Shown here in pieces: positions 30,246 to 40,165 of a stretch of DNA of 64,000 nucleotides (position 1 is its first letter; the number at the start of each line of letters is the position of its first letter). The position numbers and the translations under genes were made by a program. Source of the DNA: a bacterium (GTDB lineage: Bacteria; Pseudomonadota; Alphaproteobacteria; SP197); the NCBI GenBank assembly GCA_028821455.1, contig JAPPGE010000088.1:26857-90856 (forward strand), given 5' to 3'. The notes under the pieces are model-generated. The model saw only the letters and a program-made list of their open reading frames with translations. It searched no databases and was not told the origin of the DNA.

Positions 30246-31744
30246 GCGCCGAACCTCGACTCCGCCTTGAGGGCGTGACCCGGCGCTTTCCCGGCGTCCT
30301 GGCCAACGACGATGTGAACCTCGCTGTCGAAGCCGGTGAAATCCATGCACTTCTTGGGGAGAATGGTGCCGGCAAGTCGACCCTGGTCAAGTTCATTTAC
30401 GGGGTGCAGTCGGCAGACAGCGGAACCCTTTTCTGGGAAGGCAGACCTCAGCGCATTGCCAATCCGAAGGCGGCGCGGCGGCTTGGCATCGCCATGGTGT
30501 TCCAGCATTTCTCCCTGTTTGACGCCATGACTGTGACCGAGAACATTGCCCTGGGCCTGCCACGTTCCTTCACCCGTTCGGGGCTCGAGGAACGCATCCA
30601 CGACGTGTCACGGCGCTATGGCCTGCCTCTCGACCCCGGGCGTCACGTGCACGCACTCTCGGTGGGGGAACGACAACGCATCGAGGTGGTTCGCTGCCTG
30701 CTGCAGGAACCACGCCTTCTCATCATGGATGAACCGACATCCGTGCTCACACCCCAGGAAGTCGAGGGTCTCTTCGCCACCCTGCGCCAGCTTTCCGACG
30801 ACGGAGTCTCGATCCTCTACATCAGTCACAAGCTCCAGGAGATCCGGGACCTGTGCCACAAGGCGACGATCATGAGGGGTGGCCGCGTGGTTGCCGAGTG
30901 CGACCCCGCCACCCGCTCGACTCACGAACTTGCCGAGCTCATGATCGGTTCGGACCTTACCCTTCCGCGGCGCACATCCGCGGCGGGAAGCGCATCACCG
31001 CGCCTTGAAGTGAGGCACCTTGCCCTTGCGTCATCCCGTCTCCACGGAACGCCGTTGAATGACATCTCCTTCGAGGTTCTCGCCGGCGAGATCCTGGGAA
31101 TCGCCGGCATCGCCGGCAACGGACAGCAGGAACTCATGGATGCGCTGTCGGGAGAGACGCCTCTGCCTGACGACCATGCCATTGTGGTGGACGGCACACC
31201 GGTGGGTGCATCCGGACCCAACCGCCGGCGCGCCGCCGGCATGGTCTTCGTTCCGGAAGAACGCCTGGGGCACGGGGCAGTCCCACAAATGACGCTGTGG
31301 GAAAACGCCCTGCTCTCGGGAGCCGCGACATCGAATCTCGTGACCCGGGGGATGATCAGCGGAGCCCGTGCCCGCGCCTTCGCGGCTGCCGTGGTGCGGG
31401 ACTTTGATGTCAGGACGCCCGGCGTGACGCAGCCGGCATCGAGCCTATCCGGTGGCAATCTCCAGAAGTTCATCATTGGCAGGGAAATCTCGCACAACCC
31501 GGGCATCATCCTTGCCCTGCAACCGACCTGGGGCGTCGATGCGGGCTCCGCGGCAGCGGTCCGCCAGGCGCTCATCGACCTTGCCGCGGATGGTGCGGCG
31601 GTGCTCGTTATCTCCCAGGATCTCGAGGAACTCATGGAGATTTCCGATCGTCTGTGCGTCATCAGCCAGGGCCGGCTGTCACCGCCCATGAGGACCATGG
31701 ATGCCACGGCCAGCCGGATTGGCCTGCTGATGGCGGGCTCGTGA
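30242..31744 (+). CDS. ABC transporter ATP-binding protein with two ABC domains (nucleoside/sugar type)
   Basis: GTG start overlapping the xdhB stop. Walker A GENGAGKST, LSGG signature, and a degenerate second domain. Confidence 0.85.
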   Translation: MSAEPRLRLEGVTRRFPGVLANDDVNLAVEAGEIHALLGENGAGKSTLVKFIYGVQSADSGTLFWEGRPQRIANPKAARRLGIAMVFQHFSLFDAMTVTENIALGLPRSFTRSGLEERIHDVSRRYGLPLDPGRHVHALSVGERQRIEVVRCLLQEPRLLIMDEPTSVLTPQEVEGLFATLRQLSDDGVSILYISHKLQEIRDLCHKATIMRGGRVVAECDPATRSTHELAELMIGSDLTLPRRTSAAGSASPRLEVRHLALASSRLHGTPLNDISFEVLAGEILGIAGIAGNGQQELMDALSGETPLPDDHAIVVDGTPVGASGPNRRRAAGMVFVPEERLGHGAVPQMTLWENALLSGAATSNLVTRGMISGARARAFAAAVVRDFDVRTPGVTQPASSLSGGNLQKFIIGREISHNPGIILALQPTWGVDAGSAAAVRQALIDLAADGAAVLVISQDLEELMEISDRLCVISQGRLSPPMRTMDATASRIGLLMAGS

Positions 31745-32802
31745 TGGCCCTGCGTTTCGAGGCAAGGGGCGCGGCGTCGCGCGCCATGGTGCTGGGATCG
31801 CCGGCAATCGCCGTGGTGCTGACGCTGGCCGCCAGCCTCGTCATGTTCGCCTCCCTGGGAACGGACCCGGTGCGCGCGCTTCAGGCATTCTTCATCCAGC
31901 CACTGTCCTCGGAGCGCGGGGTGGCCGAACTCATGGTCAAGGCCACGCCTCTGGTTCTCATCGCACTGGGACTTTCCATGGGATTCAGGGCCAATGTCTG
32001 GAACATCGGCGCCGAGGGACAGCTGACCCTCGGAGCATTGGCCGGAGGCGGACTCGCCCTTGCCCTCTACGGCCACGAATCGCCCTTGCTTCTTCCGCTC
32101 ATGTTTGCGGCCGGCATCGCCGGCGGCATGGCCTGGGCCGCCATTCCGGCATTCCTCAAGACCCGTTTCAACACCAACGAAATCCTGACGAGTCTGATGC
32201 TCGTCTATGTCGCCATCCTCCTCCTGAGCTATCTCATCCATGGTCCGTGGCGGGATCCCGACGGGTTCAACTTTCCGGAATCGCGCCTCTTCCACGACTC
32301 CGCGAGGCTGCCGGTGCTGCTCCAGGGAACCCGACTCCACATCGGCTGGCCGATCGCCCTTGCCCTCGCTGCAACCACCTGGATCCTGCTCGCCAGGCAC
32401 ATCATCGGATTCCAGGTTCGCGTCGTCGGCCTCGCCCCGGCCGCTGCCTCCTTCGCGGGCTTCAGCCGGACACGGATCACATGGATCACTCTGCTGGCCG
32501 GTGGTGGTGCCGCCGGACTCGCCGGCGTGATGGAGGTGGCAGGCCCGATCGGCCAGATCGTTCCGGTCATTTCACCAGGTTACGGATTCACCGCCATTAT
32601 CGTCGCCTTTCTCGGCCGCCTGCATCCCGTCGGAGTCGTCTTCGCCGGGCTTCTCATGGCGCTCACCTACCTCGGCGGAGAGTATGCGCAGATCACGATG
32701 AATCTCCCCAATGCAGTGACCGGAGTCTTCCAGGGCATGCTGCTCTTCTTCCTGCTGGCGAGCGACATTCTCATCCGCTACCGCATCCGCTTCGTCCCAT
32801 GA
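31744..32802 (+). CDS. ABC transporter permease (BMP/nucleoside system)
   Basis: Polytopic membrane protein. ATG shares a base with the upstream stop. Confidence 0.8.
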   Translation: MALRFEARGAASRAMVLGSPAIAVVLTLAASLVMFASLGTDPVRALQAFFIQPLSSERGVAELMVKATPLVLIALGLSMGFRANVWNIGAEGQLTLGALAGGGLALALYGHESPLLLPLMFAAGIAGGMAWAAIPAFLKTRFNTNEILTSLMLVYVAILLLSYLIHGPWRDPDGFNFPESRLFHDSARLPVLLQGTRLHIGWPIALALAATTWILLARHIIGFQVRVVGLAPAAASFAGFSRTRITWITLLAGGGAAGLAGVMEVAGPIGQIVPVISPGYGFTAIIVAFLGRLHPVGVVFAGLLMALTYLGGEYAQITMNLPNAVTGVFQGMLLFFLLASDILIRYRIRFVP

Positions 32803-32824
32803 TCCGCAGACGGCATCAGAACCC

Positions 32825-33751
32825 ATGACCATCGACTTTCTCGTGGCCGCCCTCATGACGATCATCACGGCATCGACTCCTCTCGTCTTTGCCGCTGTCG
32901 GCGAGATCGTTGCCGAGAAATCCGGTGTCCTCAATCTCGGAGTCGAGGGCATGATGATCGTGGGCGCTATCGGCGCCTTTGCCACCGGCATCGTGACCGG
33001 AGATCCGGTTCTCGCCGTGCTGGCGGGTGCGGCGTCGGGGGCCCTGATGGCGTTCATCTTCGGATGCCTCACCCTGTGGCTCCTCTCCAACCAGGTGGCA
33101 ACGGGCCTGGCGCTCACCATCTTCGGAATTGGCCTGAGCGCCCTTGTCGGGCACCAGTTTGTCGGAGTCACGTTTGCCGGACTGCCCAAGCTTGACATTC
33201 CCGGCATCACCGACCTGCCGTTCATTGGTCCGCTTCTCTTCGGCCACGACGCACTCGTCTACCTCTCCGTTGTCTCCGTTGTCGGGGTCGCCTGGTTCCT
33301 CAGGCGCACCAGGACAGGACTCGCCTTGCGGGCGGTCGGTGAAAACCACGACGCGGCACACTCCATCGGCTATCCGGTCATCATGATCCGCCTGATGGCG
33401 GTGCTTTTCGGTGGCGTCATGGCCGGCCTGGGCGGTGCCTGCCTTTCCCTTGCCTACACGCCACTGTGGATCGAGAACATGACGGCGGGGCGGGGCTGGA
33501 TCGCCCTGGCGCTGGTCGTCTTCGCCTCGTGGCGACCATGGCGGGCCTTTTTCGGCGCCTATCTCTTCGGAGGCATCACCATCATCCAGCTTCACGCCCA
33601 GGGCCTGGGAGTTGCCATCCCGTCCCAGATCCTCTCCATGCTTCCCTACATCGCCACCATTGTTGTGCTGGTCCTCATATCGCGTGATGATGTCAGGATG
33701 CGTTTCAACGCTCCGGCGTGCCTGGGCAGGAGTTTCCATGCCACGGGGTAG
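32825..33751 (+). CDS. ABC transporter permease (second subunit)
   Basis: Polytopic membrane protein, same family as the preceding gene. Confidence 0.8.
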   Translation: MTIDFLVAALMTIITASTPLVFAAVGEIVAEKSGVLNLGVEGMMIVGAIGAFATGIVTGDPVLAVLAGAASGALMAFIFGCLTLWLLSNQVATGLALTIFGIGLSALVGHQFVGVTFAGLPKLDIPGITDLPFIGPLLFGHDALVYLSVVSVVGVAWFLRRTRTGLALRAVGENHDAAHSIGYPVIMIRLMAVLFGGVMAGLGGACLSLAYTPLWIENMTAGRGWIALALVVFASWRPWRAFFGAYLFGGITIIQLHAQGLGVAIPSQILSMLPYIATIVVLVLISRDDVRMRFNAPACLGRSFHATG

Positions 33752-33784
33752 GACCGGCAACGACAAGGTCGTGAGAACAGCGAC

Positions 33785-34882
33785 TTGATGAAGGGGAACA
33801 AGGGAATGATGAATACAATGAACCGGGCCATCGCCGCATGTTTGCTGGCTGCAGGCCTTCTTGCGGGTCCGGCCTCGGCTGAACCCCTCAAGGTGGGATT
33901 CGTTTACGTCGGCCCGATCGGCGACCACGGATGGACCTACCAGCACGATCAGGGGCGGCTTGCCGTCGAGGAAGCCTTCGGCGATCAGGTCGAGACCAGC
34001 TACGTCGAGAGCGTGCCGGAAGGCGCCGATGCCGACAGGGTGATCGCCCAGTTGGCCGAAACCGGGCACGGTCTCATCTTCACCACGTCGTTCGGCTACA
34101 TGAATCCGACGATCCGCGTTGCCGAGATGTACCCGGACGTGCACTTCGAGCATGCCACCGGTTACAAGCAGGCTGACAACGTGGCAACCTACTCGGCGCG
34201 GTTCTACGAGGGCCGGCATGTCGCCGGACTGCTGGCCGGCAGCGTGACCGAGAGCAACGTGATCGGCTACATCGCCTCCTTCCCCATTCCTGAAGTGGTG
34301 CGCGGTATCAATGCAGCCTTCCTGGCCGCCCGTTCCGTCAACCCCGATGTGTCGTTCAAGATCGTCTGGGTGTCGACCTGGTTCGATCCGGGCAAGGAAG
34401 GGGATGCCGCCAAGGCGCTGATCGATCAGGGTGCCGATGTCATCCTTCAGCACACGGATTCGCCAGCCGCCCTGCAGGTGGCGCAGGACCGCGGCGTGTG
34501 GGCCGTCGGCCAGGCTTCGGACATGACCGCCTTCGGTGCCGATGCCCACCTCGTGTCGGTCGTCAACAACTGGGCCGCCTACTACGTCAGACGGGTTCAG
34601 GCCGCCCTCGACGGCTCCTGGGGTACCTCGGACACCTGGGGCGGCTTTGGTGCCAACATGCTGTTGCTCTCCGCCTACAACGAGGCCATCCCGGCCGATG
34701 TCGTCGAGATGGCCGAAGCGGCCCGCGCTGCGATCGCCGAAGGGTCCCTCCACCCCTTTGCCGGTCCCATCCATGACCAGGAAGGCAATCTCCTTGTCGC
34801 CGAGGGCGAGGTCGCCGACGACGGCATGCTTCTCGGCATGAGCGTCTACGTCGAGGGCATCGACGCCACGTTGCCGCAGTAA
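33785..34882 (+). CDS. BMP-family (basic membrane protein, PnrA-like) ABC substrate-binding lipoprotein/periplasmic protein for purine nucleosides
   Basis: Signal peptide, then an LKVGFVYVGPIGDHGW start. BMP-family pattern throughout. Confidence 0.8.
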   Translation: MMKGNKGMMNTMNRAIAACLLAAGLLAGPASAEPLKVGFVYVGPIGDHGWTYQHDQGRLAVEEAFGDQVETSYVESVPEGADADRVIAQLAETGHGLIFTTSFGYMNPTIRVAEMYPDVHFEHATGYKQADNVATYSARFYEGRHVAGLLAGSVTESNVIGYIASFPIPEVVRGINAAFLAARSVNPDVSFKIVWVSTWFDPGKEGDAAKALIDQGADVILQHTDSPAALQVAQDRGVWAVGQASDMTAFGADAHLVSVVNNWAAYYVRRVQAALDGSWGTSDTWGGFGANMLLLSAYNEAIPADVVEMAEAARAAIAEGSLHPFAGPIHDQEGNLLVAEGEVADDGMLLGMSVYVEGIDATLPQ

Positions 34883-34890
34883 CTCCCGCC

Positions 34891-34921
34891 CACCCCCGGC
34901 AACCGGTCTCTGCCGGGGGTG
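34891..34921 (+). terminator. perfect 11-bp GC-rich hairpin after the SBP gene; candidate intrinsic terminator
   Basis: CACCCCCGGCA-(accggtctc)-TGCCGGGGGTG, 9 nt after the stop codon. No clear U-tract. Confidence 0.4.
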
Positions 34922-35304
34922 GCGACCGGCTGCCGTCACCTCAGGGCAAGCGGTCTGGCCCGGGCAAGTGTGGGCAGCGAATCCATCGGCGACTGGCGGG
35001 AAGCGTTGCCGCGGAAGGGGGTCAACCGGGACACGATGCACTCTGCACACGATCCCGATCGCAGTCCGTTGCCGGCGCTTGAGGGGATCGAATCACCAAG
35101 AGACCAAGGGCCTCCCTGCTGCCGGAAAGCTCGAGAAGCCTGCCGACAGGCAGCCCGGAAACGGTGGGGTTCCGAAGTCATCCGGCTGTGCGCGACAGCG
35201 GTATCCCGACAACCTTGTTGGTGATTCCCTCAAGGCGCCGCCATCACGAGGAAGAAGTGGTTACGGTGGGGTTCCAGGGCAATCCTGCAACCGGCGCGGT
35301 TCTG

Positions 35305-36729
35305 TTATCTGCCAGGAACCTGTCGCGTGGTGTCCGGCAACCAGGTGGCCAGTTCGGGCCATGCCACCAGCACGACCACCATCAGGACCATGATCAGGAA
35401 CATCGGAAGGGCGGTCTTGGCGATGTAACCCATGTGGTGATCGGTCATGCTCTGGAGCACGAACAGGTTGAACCCGATCGGGGGAGTGATCTGGGCCATC
35501 TCGATGACGACGGTCACAAAGATGCCGAACCAGATCATCGAGAACCCGACTTCCTGGAACGCCGGAATGTTCACCATTGGCTCAACCACCGCCATGGTCA
35601 GCACCACCGCCGAAATGCCGTCCAGGAAGCAGCCGATCACGATGTAGAATACCGTCAGCGCCGCAATCAGCATATAGACCGAGAGTTCAAGACTGGCGAG
35701 CCACTCGGCCAGCGCCCGCGGCAGGCCGGTAAATCCCATGCTGAGCGACAGGAAGGCTGCGCCCATCAGAATTAGGGCGACCATCGCCGAGGTGCGTACA
35801 GCCCCCATGAGACTCTGGACAAACGTGCTCCAGTTGAGGCTGCCCTGCGCCGCCGCGAGCGCGAGGGCGCCGATGACCCCGATCGCGGCCGCCTCGGTTG
35901 GCGTGGCCAGGCCCAGGTACATCGAGCCGATCACCGACAGGACCAGCCCGGCGACGGGGATCAGGAAACGTGCATTCTTCAGTTTCTCCAGGAACCCCAC
36001 GGTCGGTTCCGGTTCCGGCCGCTGGTCCGGGCGCAGGACGTGCCAGATTGCGATGTAGCCCATGAACATCGCCGCCAGCACGAGGCCCGGCACAATTCCT
36101 GCGATGAAGAGCTTGGAAATCGACTCGTTGATGGTGACCCCGTAGACGATCAGCGTCAGCGACGGCGGAATCATCAGCCCCAGCGTGGCCGAGCCGGCCA
36201 GAGTGCCGATGGTCATGAACTCCGGATAGCGGCGTCGCCTCAGTTCCGGTACCGCCATCTTGCCGACCGTCATGAGGGTTGCCGCGGACGATCCGGACAC
36301 CGCGGCAAAGATGGTGCAGCCCACGACATTGGTGTGCAGCAGGCCACCGGGAAGTCGCGCCATCCAGGGAGCAAGACCCTTGAACATGTCCTCGCTGAGG
36401 CGCGTGCGGAACAGGATTTCTCCCATCCAGATGAACAGCGGCAGCGCGGTGAGCGTCCAGCTCGACGACGATGCCCAGATCGTCGTGATCATCGCATCGC
36501 CGGCCGGGCGAACGGTAAAGGCCAGCATGCCGACATAGGCAACGCCCATCAGCGCCAGGCCGATCCAGACGCCGGATCCCAGCAGGACAAACAGCACGAT
36601 GAGGAAGATGGCCGTCTTCAGCCAGATGTCGTCGGCACCCGTTGCCACCACCAGCGCCAGGGTCCCCCCCGCCAGCAGCGCGGCGGCGGCGGCGAAAACG
36701 AGGCGACGGGGAAAGTCAGGGGCGAGCAC
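35305..36729 (-). CDS. dctM: TRAP transporter large permease
   Basis: 474 aa polytopic protein; DctM family pattern. Confidence 0.85.
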   Translation of the reverse strand: MLAPDFPRRLVFAAAAALLAGGTLALVVATGADDIWLKTAIFLIVLFVLLGSGVWIGLALMGVAYVGMLAFTVRPAGDAMITTIWASSSSWTLTALPLFIWMGEILFRTRLSEDMFKGLAPWMARLPGGLLHTNVVGCTIFAAVSGSSAATLMTVGKMAVPELRRRRYPEFMTIGTLAGSATLGLMIPPSLTLIVYGVTINESISKLFIAGIVPGLVLAAMFMGYIAIWHVLRPDQRPEPEPTVGFLEKLKNARFLIPVAGLVLSVIGSMYLGLATPTEAAAIGVIGALALAAAQGSLNWSTFVQSLMGAVRTSAMVALILMGAAFLSLSMGFTGLPRALAEWLASLELSVYMLIAALTVFYIVIGCFLDGISAVVLTMAVVEPMVNIPAFQEVGFSMIWFGIFVTVVIEMAQITPPIGFNLFVLQSMTDHHMGYIAKTALPMFLIMVLMVVVLVAWPELATWLPDTTRQVPGR

Positions 36730-36733
36730 GGTG

Positions 36734-37303
36734 TCAGCCTCCGCGGTCTGCGGGCTCGGGATCCTCGACTCCGCCGTGCCGGGTCAGCAGCACGCGGACG
36801 AACTGCTCCACCAGCGACAGGGCGAAGAGGCAGGCGCCTGCAGACATGGCGATCTGGGGGATCCAGAGCGGGGTTGCGTCCTGTCCCTGGCTCACGTCGT
36901 TCAGCCGGTATGACCAGATGTTCGCCTTGACGGCGTAGCAGGCGAAGAAGATGGCGGTCACGGCGGCAACGCCGTAACACCAGACTTCCGCGAGACGCCG
37001 CCATCGTCCCAGGGAATTGAGCACCAGCGTCACGCGAATATGTGCGCCCCGGTTGAGGGCATGGGCCAGCGCAAGGAATGACGCGCCGGCCATGGCGTAT
37101 CCGGCGTAGTCGGATCCGCCGGGAAACACGAGACCGGTCCAGCGTGTCGCCATCTGCACGACGACCAGGACCAGGATCGCAATGAGGAAGATGGCCCCCG
37201 CCAGCCCGCCAGCCAGATAGAGACCGTCCAGAATGCGCCGCAGGACCCGAAAGGCCCCCGTGACCATGCCAGGATCACGCGCCGTCATCTGCTGCGCCCG
37301 CAT
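36734..37303 (-). CDS. dctQ: TRAP transporter small permease
   Basis: About 180 aa with 4 TM helices, 4 nt upstream of dctM. Confidence 0.8.
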   Translation of the reverse strand: MRAQQMTARDPGMVTGAFRVLRRILDGLYLAGGLAGAIFLIAILVLVVVQMATRWTGLVFPGGSDYAGYAMAGASFLALAHALNRGAHIRVTLVLNSLGRWRRLAEVWCYGVAAVTAIFFACYAVKANIWSYRLNDVSQGQDATPLWIPQIAMSAGACLFALSLVEQFVRVLLTRHGGVEDPEPADRGG

Positions 37304-37332
37304 TCCGGCGCGACTGCAGCGGAATGGCCCCC

Positions 37333-38301
37333 CTACTCGGACTCGAAAGCCTCGAGAATTGCGGCCGCATCCGGTCCGGCCAGTTCCGACCAGACCGACG
37401 ACATCGCGGCGCCGATCACGGCAAGGTCTTCGGCGAGTTGCGGGTCAGGCGAGAGGACGATCATGCCGTTGGCGGCGAGTTGCGCACGATACCAGTCCGC
37501 CAGTTCACGCGCCCTGGTGGTGCCGGCCGCTTCCGCCAGCAGCGCGCAAGCGCGCAGACAGTTGCGCGCGTGATCGTCCAGGGCCTCGAATGCGTCCCGG
37601 TTCACAAACACGTAGTTGCGCGGAAGCCAGCCCTGGACATCGTAGAAGTGGCTCAGATGTTCCCAGACCTTTCGGTCGTAACCCGTCGCGGCCGACGAGG
37701 CGAAGGCTTCCGCCACCCCGGTCGCCAGCGCCTGGCTGAGTTCTGCGGCTTCGATCTGCACCGGCACCATGCCCGCCAGTTCGGCCATCATCGCCGTGGC
37801 GGCGTTGTACGCGCGGAACTTGATCCCGGCCATGTCCGGAACGCCTTCGATTTCCCGGTTGAAATAGAGCCCCTGCGGCGGCCACGGCACGGCGTAGAGC
37901 AGGATCAGGTTCTGTTCGAAGAGAACCTCCGCCAGTCGGTCCCTGGCAGCTTGCCACAGGCGATCGGATGCCTCGAACGAGGAAGCCAGGAATGGCACTG
38001 AATCGAATCCGAACAGCGGGTTTTCGTTCTGGTGGGCGCTCAGCAGGCGCTCGCCGATGAGCGCCTGGCCGGTCTGTACCGCCCGTTTGATCTCATTGCC
38101 CTTGAAGAGCGAGCCGCCGCCATGGACGACGATTTCGAGGTCGCCGCCGGTGCATACACCCACGGCCTCGGCGAACAGCTTGCCGTTCTGTGTGTGGTAG
38201 TTCGAATCCGCGTACGCCATCGGCAGATCCCATCGTTCCGCCGCCATGGCCGCGCTGAACGAGAGCATCAGGGACGTGGCAATCCCGATCGACCAACGCA
38301 T
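37333..38301 (-). CDS. dctP: TRAP transporter substrate-binding protein
   Basis: Internal ATG giving signal peptide MRWSIGIATSLMLSFSAAMA. DctP family pattern. Confidence 0.8.
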   Translation of the reverse strand: MRWSIGIATSLMLSFSAAMAAERWDLPMAYADSNYHTQNGKLFAEAVGVCTGGDLEIVVHGGGSLFKGNEIKRAVQTGQALIGERLLSAHQNENPLFGFDSVPFLASSFEASDRLWQAARDRLAEVLFEQNLILLYAVPWPPQGLYFNREIEGVPDMAGIKFRAYNAATAMMAELAGMVPVQIEAAELSQALATGVAEAFASSAATGYDRKVWEHLSHFYDVQGWLPRNYVFVNRDAFEALDDHARNCLRACALLAEAAGTTRARELADWYRAQLAANGMIVLSPDPQLAEDLAVIGAAMSSVWSELAGPDAAAILEAFESE

Positions 38302-38563
38302 GCCTGTATCTCCCGTCCACGAGCCCCACACCATTGTCGTGGCAGACAATCCGTCGATCGACAACGCGTGTCAACTTGCGGGAGATCCTGATTCCCGGAC
38401 GCCAGGAGATCACAGGTGTGCCGAGATTCTCAGGGTTGCGGGGAGAGATCCCGCGAGCGATCACCGGAGCCCGGCACAACGCCGGCCGGCTGCGGAGGAG
38501 GAATTCGAGCGGCCGGCCGGCGTGGTCGTACCCGCGCGGACGAGGTCCGGGTGGGCCCAAGTG

Positions 38564-40165
38564 CTACGCGGTGGGATCGCGGAACCACCAACGCTCCAGG
38601 CACTTGATGCCGTCGAGATCCCAGGCTGCCGACATGCGTCCGTGAGCGATGTTTTCGCTGACTGCGAAGACGTAGTTGGAGAAGATTGGAGCCACCACAC
38701 CGCCATCATCGCTGCACAACTGCTGCATCTCGTGATACATCTCCCGCCTGAGTTCGGTATCGAGTTCCGCCCGGGCGAGAATCAGGAGTTCGTTGAAACG
38801 CGGGTTGGCCCAGTGAGTCTCGTTCCACGGGGCACCGGCAGCATAGGTCTGCGAAAACACCCAGTCCTCGGTGACCCGACCACTCCAGTAGGACGCCACC
38901 CAGGGCTCCACGTTCCAGACATCCGACCAGTAGCCGTCGTTGGGCTCGCGGGTGACGTCGATGGTGATCCCGGCAGCAGCAGCGTGCTGCTGGTAGAGGA
39001 CGGCTCCGTCGGTGGCGCCGGCAAAGGCGGTTTCCGCCACATTGAGAGGCACCGTGATCTCCGTCAGGCCGGCCTTGCCGAGGTAGTGCCTTGCTTTGTC
39101 CGGGTCGTAGACACGCTGTGGCAGATCTTCGGCAAAGTACCGGTTGGACCGGCCGATCGGATGATCGTTTCCGACATAGCCGTGGCCGTTCAGCAGTTTG
39201 GTGAGAAGTTCCTCTCGATCAACGGCGTACTTCAACGCCAGACGGACATTGGGATCGTCGAAAGGCGCACGGTCGCACATCATCGAATAGACGTAGTGCA
39301 GGGTGCCTTGAGTCTCCTCCAGACGCACACCGGGCGCGGCATCGAGAAGGTCAGCGGTCTTCAGGTCAACCCGGTCGATCACGTGAACCGTACCGGATGT
39401 CAGGGCCGATACACGGGCCGTCACATCGATGGTCGACAGCACCTCGGCTTCGTCGAAGAAGGCCTGACCTGACTTCCAGTAGTTGGGATTGCGCGTCAGG
39501 AATGACCGCACGCCCGGTTCGAACTCGTTGAGGACGAACCCGCCCGTTCCGTCGCCCGACTGCCAGTCGAGAACACCGTCCACGACGGGACAGATCGCAA
39601 TATGGTAGTCGCTCAACAGGAACGGAAAGTCTGCATTGCCCTCGCTCAGTTCAAAGGTGACGGTGTCCTTGCCGTCCGCCTTCATGTTGACGATCGCGGA
39701 CAGAATGCCCTTGGCGGGTGACGCCGAGTTTTCGCCCGTATGGTGGGCGACCGATGCGATCACATCATCCGCATCGAGCGTCTTGCCGCTGTGGAACTCG
39801 ACGCCCTGTCGCAGCTTGAAGGTCCAGTTTGCCGCGTCCGGAGTCGATTCCCAGCTTTCGGCAAGTTCACCGATCAGTTCATCCTCGTTGGAAACTTCGG
39901 TGAGACAGTTGCGGAAACCGAATCCAACGACTTGCATGTAGGTGTCATTGTAGGTGGCGGGGTCCACCGAATCGGTCGTCGATCCCAGACCGAGGGCAAC
40001 ACGGACCCGGCCGCCCATCTGCGGCTCGTCCGCCCTGGCCTCCTGCGTGGCAAGCGCGGTCGCGGTGGGCAGGGCCACCCCGCACGCCAGGGCATGCGCG
40101 ATGAACTCGCGCCGGGTGATATGGTTCTGCCGCAACAGGTCCAGCTTGTGTTCGATCGAACTCAT
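38564..40165 (-). CDS. ABC transporter substrate-binding protein, family 5 (peptide/opine/nickel type) with Tat signal
   Basis: ATG 40165 preceded by AAGGAGG. RREFIAHALACGVALP twin-arginine signal. Family-5 SBP length (533 aa). Confidence 0.8.
   Translation of the reverse strand: MSSIEHKLDLLRQNHITRREFIAHALACGVALPTATALATQEARADEPQMGGRVRVALGLGSTTDSVDPATYNDTYMQVVGFGFRNCLTEVSNEDELIGELAESWESTPDAANWTFKLRQGVEFHSGKTLDADDVIASVAHHTGENSASPAKGILSAIVNMKADGKDTVTFELSEGNADFPFLLSDYHIAICPVVDGVLDWQSGDGTGGFVLNEFEPGVRSFLTRNPNYWKSGQAFFDEAEVLSTIDVTARVSALTSGTVHVIDRVDLKTADLLDAAPGVRLEETQGTLHYVYSMMCDRAPFDDPNVRLALKYAVDREELLTKLLNGHGYVGNDHPIGRSNRYFAEDLPQRVYDPDKARHYLGKAGLTEITVPLNVAETAFAGATDGAVLYQQHAAAAGITIDVTREPNDGYWSDVWNVEPWVASYWSGRVTEDWVFSQTYAAGAPWNETHWANPRFNELLILARAELDTELRREMYHEMQQLCSDDGGVVAPIFSNYVFAVSENIAHGRMSAAWDLDGIKCLERWWFRDPTA

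Noticed and set aside
32816-35050. 744-aa minus-strand ORF
   Set aside because: Lies antisense to two recognisable genes (ABC permease and BMP-family SBP). Low-complexity Arg/Gly/Asp-rich translation typical of high-GC antisense frames.
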